A stretch of 64,000 bases of DNA from Minisyncoccota bacterium (lineage in GTDB: Bacteria > Patescibacteriota > Minisyncoccia > Phycocordibacterales > UBA6065): assembly GCA_041661645.1 (NCBI GenBank), contig JBAZUA010000001.1:125074-189073 (forward strand). Direction: 5' to 3'. Each line of letters starts with the position of its first letter. The first letter of the stretch is position 1. A program made the position numbers and the translations under genes. Shown here piece by piece: positions 62,632 through 64,000 of the stretch. The notes under the pieces were generated by a model that searched no databases, was not told where the DNA came from, and saw only the letters and a list, made by a program, of their open reading frames with translations.

Positions 62632-63225
62632 ATGAGAACCAAAAACAGCAATCCCGGCCAGTTCACCCTAGGAAAGAACCTTGACCCCATACTCTGCCTC
62701 TACTTCCAGGCAAATCACCTCAAACAGCTCTATCGACAGGGCTGGATACGGGCGGGACGAGACGTGCCCGAGTCCCAGTGCGAGAGCGTCGCCGACCACA
62801 ACTTCGGAATGTCGCTTCTCTCGCTCTTCGTCTGTGACCTGTATTTCCCCCACCTCGACCGCATGAAAGTCGTGAGCATGTGCCTTGTCCACGAGCTCGG
62901 AGAAATCGCCAACGGCGACCCTCCACCAGCCAAGGACCAGGCCCTTCAAATGAAGAAGGTCGAGATGGAGAGACAGTCAATCACCCTGCTCCTCAGGGAC
63001 CTGCCCGGAGGGGATAGATACCTTAGCCTGTGGGAGGAATTCGAGAGGAACGAGACTCCCGAGGCCAGGCTCGTCAAAGAGCTAGACAAGTTCGAGATGG
63101 CTATTCAGGCGAAGATATACTCCCTTCAGCACGGCAAGGACCTGCAGGAGTTCATCTCCTATGTCAGGTCATGCCTCGACTCAAAGGAGCTGATTCGGCT
63201 GTTGAACCAAATTGAGAGCATGTAG
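62632..63225 (+). CDS. HD-domain phosphohydrolase (YfbR-like 5'-deoxynucleotidase family)
   Basis: YRQGWIRAGRDVPESQCESVADHNFGMSLL...LVHELGEIANGDPPP gives the HD motif pattern. Confidence 0.75.
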   Translation: MRTKNSNPGQFTLGKNLDPILCLYFQANHLKQLYRQGWIRAGRDVPESQCESVADHNFGMSLLSLFVCDLYFPHLDRMKVVSMCLVHELGEIANGDPPPAKDQALQMKKVEMERQSITLLLRDLPGGDRYLSLWEEFERNETPEARLVKELDKFEMAIQAKIYSLQHGKDLQEFISYVRSCLDSKELIRLLNQIESM

Positions 63226-63236
63226 AGGCCAGGAAG

Positions 63237-63265
63237 ACCGCGACAGGAATGTCGCGGTTTTTTAT
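63237..63265 (+). terminator. Rho-independent terminator (accgcgaca-ggaa-tgtcgcggt followed by TTTTTTATTT)
   Basis: Lies after the stop of the HD gene. Confidence 0.7.
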
Positions 63266-63292
63266 TTCAAAAATTGAGAGGTGGATATCAAT

Positions 63293-63321
63293 AAAAAAAT
63301 CCCCTGCCTTTCAGCTGGGGA
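63293..63321 (-). terminator. Rho-independent terminator for the minus strand (A7 on plus; tcccc-N11-gggga)
   Basis: Downstream of gene 63311..63802 on the minus strand. Confidence 0.6.
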
Positions 63322-63802
63322 TCTTGTACGCGCCGTCACGAAACAGCCCTCGAAGGATTCGGGCCCTACGCCAAACGAGGCGGTTCGACACCATTCCCGT
63401 CACGTCCGGATTGGGACGATACCGATTCATCGCCTGGCAGGCATAGGTTCCGCCCTTCACGATGAGGAGCGGCCCCATGGCCATGATTCCTGGAGGATAC
63501 GGATCAATGATGGCGCCGTTCTCGGTCACAAGCCAGCTGTGGGAACAGACATGGAATCGCACCGCCAGGTCATCACCGATCTCGATGCCGACCAGGTCAC
63601 CATCGACGCAGCGGAGCGAGCCGTCAGGTATCTCCAGGATGACCGCCCTACATATCGAGTGACACTCGAAAATGGTATTGATTCTTTTGCCCATCTTCTC
63701 CTTGGAGACAAGGCGCGCCTGCCACATGAGTTCCCCGACCCTCATCGAAAGCTTGCGGTCCTTCTCAGTGGCGAGATTGTAGGTTTCTTCAGCATAGAAC
63801 AT
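63311..63802 (-). CDS. Hypothetical protein (163 aa)
   Basis: More protein-like than the overlapping plus-strand ORF 63281..63880, and flanked by minus-strand terminators. Confidence 0.45.
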   Translation of the reverse strand: MFYAEETYNLATEKDRKLSMRVGELMWQARLVSKEKMGKRINTIFECHSICRAVILEIPDGSLRCVDGDLVGIEIGDDLAVRFHVCSHSWLVTENGAIIDPYPPGIMAMGPLLIVKGGTYACQAMNRYRPNPDVTGMVSNRLVWRRARILRGLFRDGAYKIPS

Positions 63803-63879
63803 TGTGTGGTCCTTTGTTTTTGGCTTCTGTGCAGTTTATCTGATGTGGACACTACAATCAAATTCAATATAAGTCAATA

Positions 63880-63906
63880 AAAAGCCGCGCGGTTGCCCGC
63901 GCGGCT
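63880..63906 (-). terminator. Rho-independent terminator (gccgcgcgg-ttgc-ccgcgcggc; A5 on plus = U-tract on minus)
   Basis: Lies immediately after the stop of the truncated minus-strand gene at the window end. Confidence 0.65.
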
Positions 63907-63916
63907 CGTGATGCTT

Positions 63917-64000
63917 TAAGTCCCCTTACACAAGGGAGTTGACGGAAACCAACTTTCCGTCCCCCTTCAGACGATAGCAGTAGCCCTTCTTCAACACACT
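63917..64000 (-). CDS. 3' end of a minus-strand gene truncated by the window edge (C-terminus ...SVLKKGYCYRLKGDGKLVSVNSLV*)
   Basis: Manual translation of the reverse complement. Stop TAA at 63917-63919. Not in the ORF track. Confidence 0.3.

Noticed and set aside
1-64000. CRISPR arrays, rRNA genes, integrase/transposase genes
   Set aside because: No regularly spaced direct repeats were seen and no rRNA-like conserved stretches. No ORF shows tyrosine or serine recombinase or DDE transposase motifs. The islands noted above therefore lack identifiable mobility genes.

Overview
The window is a gene-dense, mostly syntenic bacterial chromosome segment of about 57-60% GC. Its gene content fits a small-genome bacterium, possibly CPR/Patescibacteria-like, but that is an inference. 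Coding runs on both strands with short intergenic gaps and many palindromic rho-independent terminators. No rRNA and no CRISPR array were seen.

Housekeeping genes, in order:
- lysS (runs off the left edge, with a C-terminal extension), greA, and the cell-shape operon mrdA(PBP2)-mreD-mreC-mreB
- proS, rseP, frr, a YdbT-like bPH_2 membrane protein, and holB
- a second MreB paralog
- a UDP-GlcNAc module: HTH-fused MurA, a YvcK/CofD-like protein, and glmS
- a PriA-like protein with degenerate Walker A/B motifs, then def-fmt, hpf, and a cupin-type phosphoglucose isomerase
- a 2925-aa cyclic beta-1,2-glucan-synthase (NdvB/Cgs)-like giant gene with an adjacent PMM-like HAD phosphatase
- a divergent hxlR-nitroreductase pair, cspA, a REC-only response regulator, and TspO
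- tRNA-Asn(GTT), an ECF sigma factor with a putative anti-sigma, truB, and msrAB
- a copper operon: csoR with an upstream perfect palindromic operator, copA whose N-terminal HMA domain is out of frame, an HMA-permease fusion, and cupredoxin-like proteins
- tandem sortases next to a DUF3494 (ice-binding-like) surface protein carrying a C-terminal sorting signal, followed by a DUF1761 protein and an HD phosphohydrolase

Accessory or unusual content:
- a divergent pair made of an SF2 helicase with four C-terminal ~52-aa repeats and an atypical extended sigma-70-like protein
- a tRNA-like element with a 19-bp inverted repeat and its own terminator
- a lower-GC insert carrying a Bro-N/DinD-like gene
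- a small AT-rich islet abutting the 3' end of tRNA-Asn
- two type IV pilin-like proteins
- several small membrane ORFs backed by promoter and terminator signals

No complete known defence system was identified. The most system-like novelty candidates are the helicase/sigma module and the HTH-MurA fusion.
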